Assembly (NCBI GenBank): GCA_002457155.1
Contig: NTJS01000003.1
Span: forward strand, 1,201 to 65,200
Source: Marine Group II euryarchaeote MED-G35
Lineage (GTDB): Archaea; Thermoplasmatota; Poseidoniia; Poseidoniales; Thalassarchaeaceae
DNA: 64,000 nucleotides
Direction of reading: 5' to 3'
Shown piece by piece: positions 55,292 through 63,579 of this stretch. The first letter of the stretch is position 1, and every line of letters starts with the position of its first letter. Made by a program: the position numbers and the translations under genes. The notes beneath the pieces were generated by a model, which was not told where the DNA came from, made no database searches, and was given only the letters and a program-made list of their open reading frames with translations.

Positions 55292-57022
55292 TCAATCCTC
55301 AGGCTCGATTTCTTCAGCCACATTCAGGAACTCCTCGATGTTGATCAATCCGTCCTCGTCCTCGTCCCCCCAGTGGAATAGATCTCGGATTAATCGATTC
55401 TTTCTGTGCTTGCGACCGCCCGGAATCACTATCGCATCGTCGGGAATGTTCGGACCACCACCGACAATGTATCCGAGAGCCTTTAACGCGCTGATGAATT
55501 CCTCTAGATTCAGATTTCCAGTGCCTTCTGTGTCGGCGGCATGGAATGCTGCATGAACCCGGCGCTTCTCAACCTCGTCAGGATCCGTCAGCATCTTCTT
55601 TGTGGTTTCCCAGGGGGTAATCTCGTCCACCACCCTATCCTTCCCATAACTCCTGAAGATTATGGTTCCTAGGATGATTGCTACAATTGCTCCGATGATG
55701 GACTCAGTCCCCATGAAGTACAGTAGGGCAGCTCCTCCAAATATCCCGAACAACTGGATTAGAGGGTAGAGGGGCCATGGAGTCTTCCATCCCGGATGGT
55801 ACCAGGCATGTGATTCGGAGGAACTACGAAGAACAATCACACAGGCATTGATTAGCATGAATATCATAATCTTGAATCCAGAAGCTAGTTCGGCTACGTC
55901 ATGAACTGGTAGGAATGTGATTGCCAGGCCCATCGCTATTCCTGTTCCGACAATAGCCCAATGCGGAGTCCCATACTTTCCATGGACATTCTCGAGAAAT
56001 TGCGGCAGCAGCTTGTCCCTAGCCATAGCAAAGGGGAAACGCGAAGACGCCAGAATCCCTGCGAGCGCCATTGATGTCATCGTCACAACAGCCAGAATAG
56101 CTGCAATTGCCCCAACGGTTTCCCCGCCCACTGCCTCAGCGAAGATGTACACCGGGTCCTCGCTAGCACCGTGATCCCCATGCATGTATTCCGACGGATC
56201 TACAGTAGCAGCCATGACCATGGTCACGGTCACATAGAGTAGACAACTGAAAAGTAGCGACAGAAGTATCCCGTACGGCATGTTCCTCTCTGGATTCTTG
56301 ATCTCGCCACCCACTGCTGCAATCTTGGTCACCCCGGCATAGGACACGAAAACAAATGCAGAGGTGGACGCGACGTCATTCCAGCTGCCGAAGGCTTCCC
56401 TCGACACCACTCCATTCCAATCTAATTCCTGGGTTGCTACGGCATATGCGCATAGGGAAAGCAGGTAGAATGCCGAGAACACTACAATCGGGGTCTGGAT
56501 CTTCTTGATTCTCTTGACCCCAAGGATGTTGATGGCCACAATAATGACGAGGAGGGCCAAGGAGGCTGTCTCTAGGTTGATGTCAATTCCTATTAGGTCC
56601 TCAATGACCCAGAGATAGGCCTTGAATCCAATCAATGCGAAGGCAGACTTCAGCATGAAGTTGGCCCACAGCCCGAGGCCCGCTATTGTCCCAACTAGAG
56701 GTCCGAAAGTCCTCTCGACATACACGTACGAACCTCCTGAGGAAGGCATTGCTGTGGAAAGCTCTGACTTAGATATTGCACCGGGGAGGACAAATAGTGC
56801 TGCAATCAGATATGCAAGCCAGACCCCCCCTACAGGATGGGTTCCTCCTCCCATCTCTAGCATGGCTAGAGCGGGAAGTACGAACAAACCAGAACCAATC
56901 ATTGCTGATAGGGAGATAATCACGACTGAGAAAAGCCCCAATTTCCTCTCCAGAGTATCGGAGACCGCCTCTATGGGAGTCAGAACGATGCCCACCAGGT
57001 CCTTTGGACCGTAGCTCCGCAT
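55292..57022 (-). CDS. APC-superfamily amino acid/polyamine permease fused to a C-terminal pair of EF-hand motifs
   Basis: About 12 TM helices with the APC-like N-terminal block SLSAMIGSGLFVLP. The tail carries two canonical 12-residue EF loops, DTEGTGNLNLEE(F) and DEDEDGLINIEE(F). Confidence 0.8.
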   Translation of the reverse strand: MRSYGPKDLVGIVLTPIEAVSDTLERKLGLFSVVIISLSAMIGSGLFVLPALAMLEMGGGTHPVGGVWLAYLIAALFVLPGAISKSELSTAMPSSGGSYVYVERTFGPLVGTIAGLGLWANFMLKSAFALIGFKAYLWVIEDLIGIDINLETASLALLVIIVAINILGVKRIKKIQTPIVVFSAFYLLSLCAYAVATQELDWNGVVSREAFGSWNDVASTSAFVFVSYAGVTKIAAVGGEIKNPERNMPYGILLSLLFSCLLYVTVTMVMAATVDPSEYMHGDHGASEDPVYIFAEAVGGETVGAIAAILAVVTMTSMALAGILASSRFPFAMARDKLLPQFLENVHGKYGTPHWAIVGTGIAMGLAITFLPVHDVAELASGFKIMIFMLINACVIVLRSSSESHAWYHPGWKTPWPLYPLIQLFGIFGGAALLYFMGTESIIGAIVAIILGTIIFRSYGKDRVVDEITPWETTKKMLTDPDEVEKRRVHAAFHAADTEGTGNLNLEEFISALKALGYIVGGGPNIPDDAIVIPGGRKHRKNRLIRDLFHWGDEDEDGLINIEEFLNVAEEIEPED

Positions 57023-57101
57023 GCTTTACCGGCCTAACACACCCCAGTTGAAGGTTCTCCTCACCCAACAGGTTAGATACTGCCCCCTCTGGCCCTCGCC
57101 C

Positions 57102-57590
57102 ATGAGCGATACAGTAGAGCAGGACACAGTAGCATCGGTGCATTACACCGGGACATTCGTAGATGGGGGGCAATTCGATAGTAGCGAGGGCAAGGATCCA
57201 TTGGTTTTCCTAGTTGGCCACGGGCAGATGATCTCTGGATTCGAGCAGGAGGTCCTAGGAGCAAAGGTGGGGGAGAAGAGGGAGTTCACGCTTACTCCCG
57301 ATCGAGCCTATGGAGAGAGGGACGACGAAGCCATCCAGAAGATAGAGAAGAGCCAGTTCCCAGAGGGGATGGAATTGGAAGTCGGCATGGTCGTCGGTGC
57401 ACATAGCGACCAAGGCCCAATTCAATTCACAATTACTGAGATCGATGGCGACGTAGTTTCGGCAGACTTCAACCACCAGATGGCTGGCAAGACGCTCCGC
57501 TTCGAGGTCGAGGTAGTCGAGGTCAGGGCCGCCTCCGAGGAGGAATTGGCACATGGGCATGTCCACGGGCCAGGCGGGCATCACCACTAG
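57102..57590 (+). CDS. slyD: FKBP-type peptidyl-prolyl isomerase, SlyD-like, with a His-rich tail
   Basis: VHYTGTFVDGGQFDSS...LVFLVGHGQMISGFEQEVLG...AYGERD, an IF-domain insert, and the C-terminus HGHVHGPGGHHH. The start is set at the ATG at 57102. Confidence 0.85.
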   Translation: MSDTVEQDTVASVHYTGTFVDGGQFDSSEGKDPLVFLVGHGQMISGFEQEVLGAKVGEKREFTLTPDRAYGERDDEAIQKIEKSQFPEGMELEVGMVVGAHSDQGPIQFTITEIDGDVVSADFNHQMAGKTLRFEVEVVEVRAASEEELAHGHVHGPGGHHH

Positions 57591-57633
57591 CCCATTCAGA
57601 AGAGTTATCTCCTTCTCCAATAATCCATACAGG

Positions 57634-58662
57634 ATGAGGAAGCAGGCACCGTTGGTGGTGGCCTTGGTGGTCATGGCCTCGATAACGGGTTGCTTTGGCA
57701 TAGGATCCGAAGATGGGCCGGCAGGGGCAGAATTCGAGAAGGACCCCCTCAGGATCAATCACATTCAGATGAAGGGGACTCACAATTCATACCACGTCGA
57801 ACCTCTCATCTCACCTACAAGGGAGTACATGTACACGCACCAAAATCTTGACTTCCAAGCTTCTCATCAGGGAGTCAGGCAGTTTGAGATTGATGTCTGG
57901 TGGGATGTCAGGGAAGGCCTCAGGGTATACCACAACCAGTACGATTCCGGCACCACTTGCCCCACTTTCGAGAACTGCCTCTCAACTCTTCTAAGCTGGT
58001 CCAACGAGAACCCGCTACACCATCCTATCTTCATCTGGATAGAACCCAAGGACTGGCCTGAGCAAGCTGCTGAAGTCACGACCACGCTGGAACTATCGGG
58101 ACTCTTGGAGGACATCGAGCAGGAGATAACTCAGTTCTGGCCATTGAACAAGACGATTATGCCGGATGACGTCAGAGGGGAAAGCCCTTCTCTGAAGGAT
58201 GGGATAGCCACCAAAGGCTGGCCACTCTTAGAAGATAGCAGGGGCAAGGCAATCTTCGTCCTACTAGCACGAGGGGAGTCCAGGGATCTGTATGTGCAGA
58301 CGCATCCGGGGCTAGTCGGCGCTCGCATGTTCACCCTGTCAGACGAAGCCAGCAACGAGGCCGCCATCTTCTCCCTAACTGACCCGATAGGCAGTGGCGA
58401 GGAGATATCTCGCTTGGTTAGCGAGGGATACATCGTACGTAGCCGGGCTGACAGCGGAGGCGAGGAGGCTGACAACAACGACACGACTAGGCTTGACGCC
58501 GCTCTCGCGGCAGGGGCTCACAGCATTTCCACCGATTACCCCGCAAAGGTGGATGGGTTGGAATATTGGGTCGAAATACCCGAAGGAACCCCAAGCAGGT
58601 GCAACCCCATCTCATCACCAGAATGGTGCGCTTCAGAAGACATAGAGGACCAGTTGCCGTAA
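57634..58662 (+). CDS. PLC-like phosphodiesterase (PI-PLC X-domain type), probable lipoprotein
   Basis: Signal/lipobox MRKQAPLVVALVVMASITGC. IQMKGTHNSYH is the PI-PLC X-box catalytic His motif. A later block is VRSRADSGG. The start is set at the ATG at 57634. Confidence 0.65.
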   Translation: MRKQAPLVVALVVMASITGCFGIGSEDGPAGAEFEKDPLRINHIQMKGTHNSYHVEPLISPTREYMYTHQNLDFQASHQGVRQFEIDVWWDVREGLRVYHNQYDSGTTCPTFENCLSTLLSWSNENPLHHPIFIWIEPKDWPEQAAEVTTTLELSGLLEDIEQEITQFWPLNKTIMPDDVRGESPSLKDGIATKGWPLLEDSRGKAIFVLLARGESRDLYVQTHPGLVGARMFTLSDEASNEAAIFSLTDPIGSGEEISRLVSEGYIVRSRADSGGEEADNNDTTRLDAALAAGAHSISTDYPAKVDGLEYWVEIPEGTPSRCNPISSPEWCASEDIEDQLP

Positions 58663-59313
58663 TCACGCCTTCGCGACGACCTTCAGTTCGATCGCAATCG
58701 AAGTCGGCAGCGCATTCACTGCCACCGTGGTTCTCGCAGGAAGTGTTTCCGAGAAGTACTCGGCATACACCTCGTTGTAACCGCTGAAGTCACGCTCCAT
58801 GTCAATCAGGAAGACGAGTACATCTATCACGTCCTCCAGTCCCGATCCGTACTCCTCTAGAATGACTCGGATGTTGTTTATCACCGCATGAGTCTGTGCC
58901 CTGATGTCATAATCCAGGGGGTTCCCGGACTCGTCCTTGATCGGTCCGCCTGGGATTTCGTTCGTTACAGTCTGACGCGGCCCCATTCCGCTAACGAAGA
59001 TCAGGTCTCCAACCCTTTGCAGATGTGGATATGCGCCTACTGCAGAAGGTCCTCCATCAGCGATGAAGGCCCCATCCTCGCTGGTCAGCTTTCCTGCTGC
59101 TTTGCTGCCAACTACAGCGCCTACTACTCCTCCAACTGGTCCGCCGACTGCTACTCCTGCTGCTGCCCCTATGGCACGACCAGCGGACTTGGCCAATGAC
59201 CCCCCCATCTCTTCGTAAATTTTCTCGACTGCTTCAGTCGGTGCTGCGATGATGCCTTCAACCATGCTCGCCCTCTTCTCTTCGGCCGTCATCCCATCTT
59301 CGTCTGACATCAT
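58663..59313 (-). CDS. RidA/YjgF-family protein with an N-terminal Gly/Ala-rich extension
   Basis: C-terminal 130 aa: VGDLIFVSGMGPR...DVIDVLVFLIDMERDFSGYNEVYAEYF...PARTTVAVNALPTSIAIELKVVA (RidA fold signature). N-terminal AIGAAAGVAVGGPVGGVVGAVVGSKAAG. ATGA overlap with the upstream stop. The 65-aa extension in the track overlaps the upstream gene and is rejected. Confidence 0.75.
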   Translation of the reverse strand: MMSDEDGMTAEEKRASMVEGIIAAPTEAVEKIYEEMGGSLAKSAGRAIGAAAGVAVGGPVGGVVGAVVGSKAAGKLTSEDGAFIADGGPSAVGAYPHLQRVGDLIFVSGMGPRQTVTNEIPGGPIKDESGNPLDYDIRAQTHAVINNIRVILEEYGSGLEDVIDVLVFLIDMERDFSGYNEVYAEYFSETLPARTTVAVNALPTSIAIELKVVAKA

Positions 59314-60233
59314 AGGGCCCCCTTGTCTAAGACTCCACGATCGCCATGATAGTGCTCGACATCGTCTTCGTCGAATTCCTTGTCGCCCACTGATCCGGAT
59401 GCTGGCGTCAACATCACAACGGCTCCCCCGGAGCCATGGAGGGCCTCGTAAGCCAGGACCTCGCCAGTGTAGTTGTTGTGCTGCCCCATGGTCGCCGACA
59501 TCCACCATGCCGGCTTGTAAGCAACAACCTTCTGCACCCGGATCTGTCCGTGAATCTCTCTCGAGAGCTGACTAAGGTCCTCCAATCTACCATCATCGAA
59601 GAACTCCAGAATTTTCCGATTCCACTCGTCGTCCTTGGCCGAATGTATCCCGTCTTCAGTTGGGTCGATGTGCTCTGTGAACATCCTATTGGAGAGGCTC
59701 GATACCACTACGACTACGGCTTTCTTGCCCTGCTCTTGAATCGCATCTCGAGCAGACTTTCCTAGCACTATGGTCTCGGCCCGGTTCGCATACATGTTGC
59801 TGGAAACGATGCATGCGGGAATTCGGTTTTCTGGGTTCAGGAGTTTGAGGGCTACGACAGAACCAGTGTCAATTGGAAAACCGTCGTATGCCACTGTTCT
59901 GGATTGCAGTCCCCTGGATTCGGCAGCATCCCTGAAGGCCTCTGCGAACTCAACGTCCATCCTGAACTTGTACGGCATGCTTCCTAGGAAGTGGAAGTCA
60001 TCGTCAACGTGAACCCACTCCGGTTCGGGATGCGCCTGAATCTGATGCCCGATTATGCTTGGCCAGGTCGTAGAGTACACCAGAATGAGGTCCGCCTCGC
60101 TCTCCTCGATCCTTTTCCTGCAAGTCTCGAATGCATCCCTAAGCTTACCGTAGCCATCACTGGCTTCCGGTGAGAGAAGAGGTTGTGGATGAGGGGGGCA
60201 ATAGACCCCGAATAGAATATCTGGCCCAGTCAA
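59310..60233 (-). CDS. LigB-family (class III extradiol dioxygenase) paralog lacking two His motifs present in its neighbour; putative non-catalytic subunit
   Basis: Colinear with its upstream neighbour (YCPPHPQPLL / LAPHPPHVV). However TPHW is replaced by STTW, and SSHSLSHRH by SSLSNRMF. Confidence 0.6.
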   Translation of the reverse strand: MTGPDILFGVYCPPHPQPLLSPEASDGYGKLRDAFETCRKRIEESEADLILVYSTTWPSIIGHQIQAHPEPEWVHVDDDFHFLGSMPYKFRMDVEFAEAFRDAAESRGLQSRTVAYDGFPIDTGSVVALKLLNPENRIPACIVSSNMYANRAETIVLGKSARDAIQEQGKKAVVVVVSSLSNRMFTEHIDPTEDGIHSAKDDEWNRKILEFFDDGRLEDLSQLSREIHGQIRVQKVVAYKPAWWMSATMGQHNNYTGEVLAYEALHGSGGAVVMLTPASGSVGDKEFDEDDVEHYHGDRGVLDKGAL

Positions 60234-60242
60234 AATAACACC

Positions 60243-61148
60243 TCAGAGAACTACCTCGCGCGTGGCTTCCATGGGATCCCATGCGGCAATCAGGTTCCCA
60301 GTCCCGATCACCGATTGGTAACCGTAAATCTCTGCAGGATAGTCTGGATAACCCATTGCAGCCATCATCCATGTCAGGCCACCGGCCTCGGTCTCCGCGA
60401 TAGTCTGCTCCGTGAATTCTGGCATGATGTCGATCACTTCCCTCATCTTCCCCTCCCTCATCAGATCCACGAGCTTCATGTCCCAGACATATTGGCTGTG
60501 ATTGTATATGTGCTCCCGACTCATGTCTTCGGGTAATGGAGACTCAGTCACGAAGTGCCGATGTGAAAGGCTGTGGCTGCTGATTAGAACTACCTTCTTC
60601 CCACTCTCTTCAATTGCCTTCGCACATGCTTCTCCCAACGCACTGGCTTGTTCGTTCATCACTTCGGGCGAGTAGTAGTGAGCGTTTCTGTTGCTACTGA
60701 TGGTGACGAGTGGTCTGTCCCATTCGGGATTCAGCATGTGGCACGAAGTGATCGTGCCGTAGTCAATTCTGAAGTCGGGATTCCGCATCATCTTGGTGAC
60801 TATCCCTGACTCTCCAGCGACCTTGCACATCTTCTCTGCCAAATCAACATCGACTGATATGTCATAGTTGAAGCGGAAGATGTTAGGAAAAACCGGGTCT
60901 ACAGATTTAGACTTGAATTCTGGCAGCCCTAGGAAATGAGTCCCAATGTAAGTCTGCCAATGGGGTGTGAAGATTACCATTGCATCGTAGTCAATCGTTT
61001 TCAGTTTCCTCGCCAGTCTGTTGTAACCCCATCTCAGAGTCTCCCATCCTCCTTCGGAGAAAGCCTCGTTCTGTTCCGGATTCTCGGCATACACAACATG
61101 CGGCGGGTGCGGTGCGAGGCAACCAAGCACAATCTCTCCCTTCGCCAT
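60243..61148 (-). CDS. LigB-family class III extradiol ring-cleavage dioxygenase, catalytic-type subunit
   Basis: LGCLAPHPPH (first His ligand region), IFTPHWQ (second His), ISSHSLSHRH (catalytic His region), and a later acidic AETEAGG block. Confidence 0.7.
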   Translation of the reverse strand: MAKGEIVLGCLAPHPPHVVYAENPEQNEAFSEGGWETLRWGYNRLARKLKTIDYDAMVIFTPHWQTYIGTHFLGLPEFKSKSVDPVFPNIFRFNYDISVDVDLAEKMCKVAGESGIVTKMMRNPDFRIDYGTITSCHMLNPEWDRPLVTISSNRNAHYYSPEVMNEQASALGEACAKAIEESGKKVVLISSHSLSHRHFVTESPLPEDMSREHIYNHSQYVWDMKLVDLMREGKMREVIDIMPEFTEQTIAETEAGGLTWMMAAMGYPDYPAEIYGYQSVIGTGNLIAAWDPMEATREVVL

Positions 61149-61230
61149 GGTACTGCGAGGTCGTGAAATCCAAAGAAAACCTTCCGGCTCGTCCAGTAGA
61201 CTTCATGGGGGGTCTTGGAGACGTCTCTCC

Positions 61231-61638
61231 ATGAAGTGGGACGAACCTCCTCTATGGCCCGTAGCAGTCCCAAGCCTAGTCGGATTTTTCGCCGGTTGCA
61301 CCCCTCATCTATTCGATTGGGTCCCAAGGCCGTGGGGTTGGGTCCTACCAGCTCCGTTCCTTGGCCTGGTTTTGCTAAGTCCGTTGCTGTATTTCTCCCC
61401 TAAGCCAGCGGGTGGCAGAATCGAGTTGGTCATCGGGGCGAATGTCGCAATGCTCCTCGCCATAACCCCACAGCTTTTCCTCTTCGTCTGGTTCATCGTT
61501 GTGATTCTTTTCTGGATCTTCCAGTCGATGTACGTATGGAGGCACAACTATCCACCCTTTAGAATCGGAACTTGGATAGGTATGGGGGCAGTGTCCGGAC
61601 TATTCATTGGCGATCTTTTCGCCCACTTCGTCCTCTGA
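61231..61638 (+). CDS. Small hypothetical membrane protein (4 TM)
   Basis: Hydrophobic helices throughout. The start is set at the ATG at 61231. The 3' end overlaps the convergent gene at 61600-63030. Confidence 0.35.
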   Translation: MKWDEPPLWPVAVPSLVGFFAGCTPHLFDWVPRPWGWVLPAPFLGLVLLSPLLYFSPKPAGGRIELVIGANVAMLLAITPQLFLFVWFIVVILFWIFQSMYVWRHNYPPFRIGTWIGMGAVSGLFIGDLFAHFVL

Positions 61639-63030
61639 GAAAAACAGCCCACCAATCACTAGGCCTGTAATTGCGAAGGCAGGAATGGAGCTGATTATGG
61701 CAGACCACAGTAGGCTTCCGTCCACGTACTCGATGGTGATCCTGACCTCACCGATCCCAGAACCTCCTTGATTGGTGACCAAAACGAAATGCCCGTCAAA
61801 AATCGAAGGTGTCTCAACCTGCTGGTTCAGTGAATCGCCCGGTTCTAGCAAGTGAACGTCGTAATCCGATAGTGACGGCCATTCTATCACGCCACCCTTG
61901 GCGTGCCCCTCTACCTCATCTCGGTGGATAATTAGGACCTCCACGCTCTCATCACCGACGTTCCTGATCTCCACATCTGCCGGGTGCCAGAGGCTGTGGA
62001 CCTCGATGACATCGAGATTCACATCCCCCGGTCCGACTCTCATTGTCGGCGCATCCTCATCCGTCCCCGGACCATCGACTACCACTGCGAGTAGGATGGA
62101 TGCCCCAATTAGGGAGAATAATGCCGAGGTGTATGCCACTTTCCTGGCAGGAATCAGGGAAGTCAACCCATTTTCCCTTAGAGATCTGAGTTTGGGTTGC
62201 ATATTGTGTGCGAAAAGAGCACAGATTATCGCTAACATCGCCCCGGGAACTACATCGGAGATCCAATGGATTCCTAGGTACTGGATGCTGAATAGGTAGA
62301 TTGGGACATTAGCCAGCACGAACAGATCGAACTCTCGATGTCGCCACTCCCTCATCTCGATCCCGAGTCCCTTAACATGCAGTCTGTTGATTGCTAGAAG
62401 ACCAAGTGGGATTCCCATATGCAGGCTGGGGACACCGTTGTCCAGTGGGTCAGCTTCAGTGAAGAAGAACAGGTTCCATGATCTGTGATACATCAGGGCA
62501 TCCATCCCCGGAAGGAATGATGAAGTCACTTCGATATTGAAGAACAGGTATAGAGGAACTGCGAGAACGTAGGCTACGAAATAGTTCAATACCGCCTTAT
62601 CGGCCATCACCTCGTCTCTGCAGAGGATGTAGTACATCGGACTGAACCAGATAAGGAATAGGTAGACGAAGAGGTAGTGGAAAGAAAGAACATCACTCAG
62701 CACCCCATTTCTGAATGTCTCTTGCACCCAAAGTGTGAACCCTCCTTCGAGCCCATGGACATAGTGGGTGAACCCACCGACTCTGGGCTTGATCGCCTCA
62801 TTGTGCTGATCGATGAATGCCTTGAACACGTACATCACCACGAAAATCGAAATGTGCCACTTGTACCCCTTCTCCTTGATTTCCTCTAATAGTTCCGAGA
62901 GTGGAACCCTCATCCCCGGCTCGTCCCTGGTAAGCAGTCTTTGCAGTGGAATTGTCATAAGGAGGATTATCCCCAACACCGTTTCGTAAGGTCCGAACGG
63001 CCATCCCATGGCCGTGCCGATAATCCCCAA
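61600..63030 (-). CDS. PAP2-superfamily-like polytopic membrane protein with a C-terminal extracytoplasmic domain
   Basis: GVPSLHMGIP (PSGH-like) and LGIHWISDVVPG (SRxxxxxHxxxD-like) resemble PAP2/PAP2_C motifs C2 and C3. A soluble beta-rich domain of about 150 aa and a terminal TM follow. Confidence 0.5.
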   Translation of the reverse strand: MGIIGTAMGWPFGPYETVLGIILLMTIPLQRLLTRDEPGMRVPLSELLEEIKEKGYKWHISIFVVMYVFKAFIDQHNEAIKPRVGGFTHYVHGLEGGFTLWVQETFRNGVLSDVLSFHYLFVYLFLIWFSPMYYILCRDEVMADKAVLNYFVAYVLAVPLYLFFNIEVTSSFLPGMDALMYHRSWNLFFFTEADPLDNGVPSLHMGIPLGLLAINRLHVKGLGIEMREWRHREFDLFVLANVPIYLFSIQYLGIHWISDVVPGAMLAIICALFAHNMQPKLRSLRENGLTSLIPARKVAYTSALFSLIGASILLAVVVDGPGTDEDAPTMRVGPGDVNLDVIEVHSLWHPADVEIRNVGDESVEVLIIHRDEVEGHAKGGVIEWPSLSDYDVHLLEPGDSLNQQVETPSIFDGHFVLVTNQGGSGIGEVRITIEYVDGSLLWSAIISSIPAFAITGLVIGGLFFSEDEVGEKIANE

Positions 63031-63093
63031 GCCATGAAAGTTACACTGTCGAGTCTTTCCACCCCAAGGTTCGTGCTCCCCAACCCATAAGTC

Positions 63094-63579
63094 GTGTTAC
63101 TTCGGGCGAATTCTATGGATGGCCACGAACTATGGCTCTCGCAGTGCGAGAAAATGGGATTCCATCCATCTCCGAGGAAGTACGAGGATGGTACCAGAAC
63201 GTCTCAGGATGCAGCGAACCAGTTGGGCTGCGAAGTGGCTCACATCGCCAAGTCGATTGTATTCGAAGGCCCTGAGGGGGCAGTGTTAGTGATCACCTCC
63301 GGTTCGAACAGGGTCGAGAGGAAGAGGAAACTGAAGCGAATTCTGGGTTTCAAACCTGGAATGGCCAGTCCCGAATACGTCCAGGAAAGTACTGGATATG
63401 CCATTGGCGGAGTCCCCCCATTCGGACACATGGGCCCCGTAACTGTCCTGATGGATGAGGACCTGATGCAATACGAGATGTTATGGGGGGCAGGTGGGAC
63501 ACCGCAGACAGTTTTCCCAATCACCCCTGAAGAACTTAGGGATGTATCAGGTGCCTTGCTGGGGGATGTGAAGCAATAG
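63094..63579 (+). CDS. YbaK/ProX-type aminoacyl-tRNA deacylase (editing domain)
   Basis: IAKSIVFEG...LVITSGSNRV...TGYAIGGVPPFGH...DEDL are typical YbaK/EbsC blocks. Confidence 0.75.
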   Translation: MLLRANSMDGHELWLSQCEKMGFHPSPRKYEDGTRTSQDAANQLGCEVAHIAKSIVFEGPEGAVLVITSGSNRVERKRKLKRILGFKPGMASPEYVQESTGYAIGGVPPFGHMGPVTVLMDEDLMQYEMLWGAGGTPQTVFPITPEELRDVSGALLGDVKQ

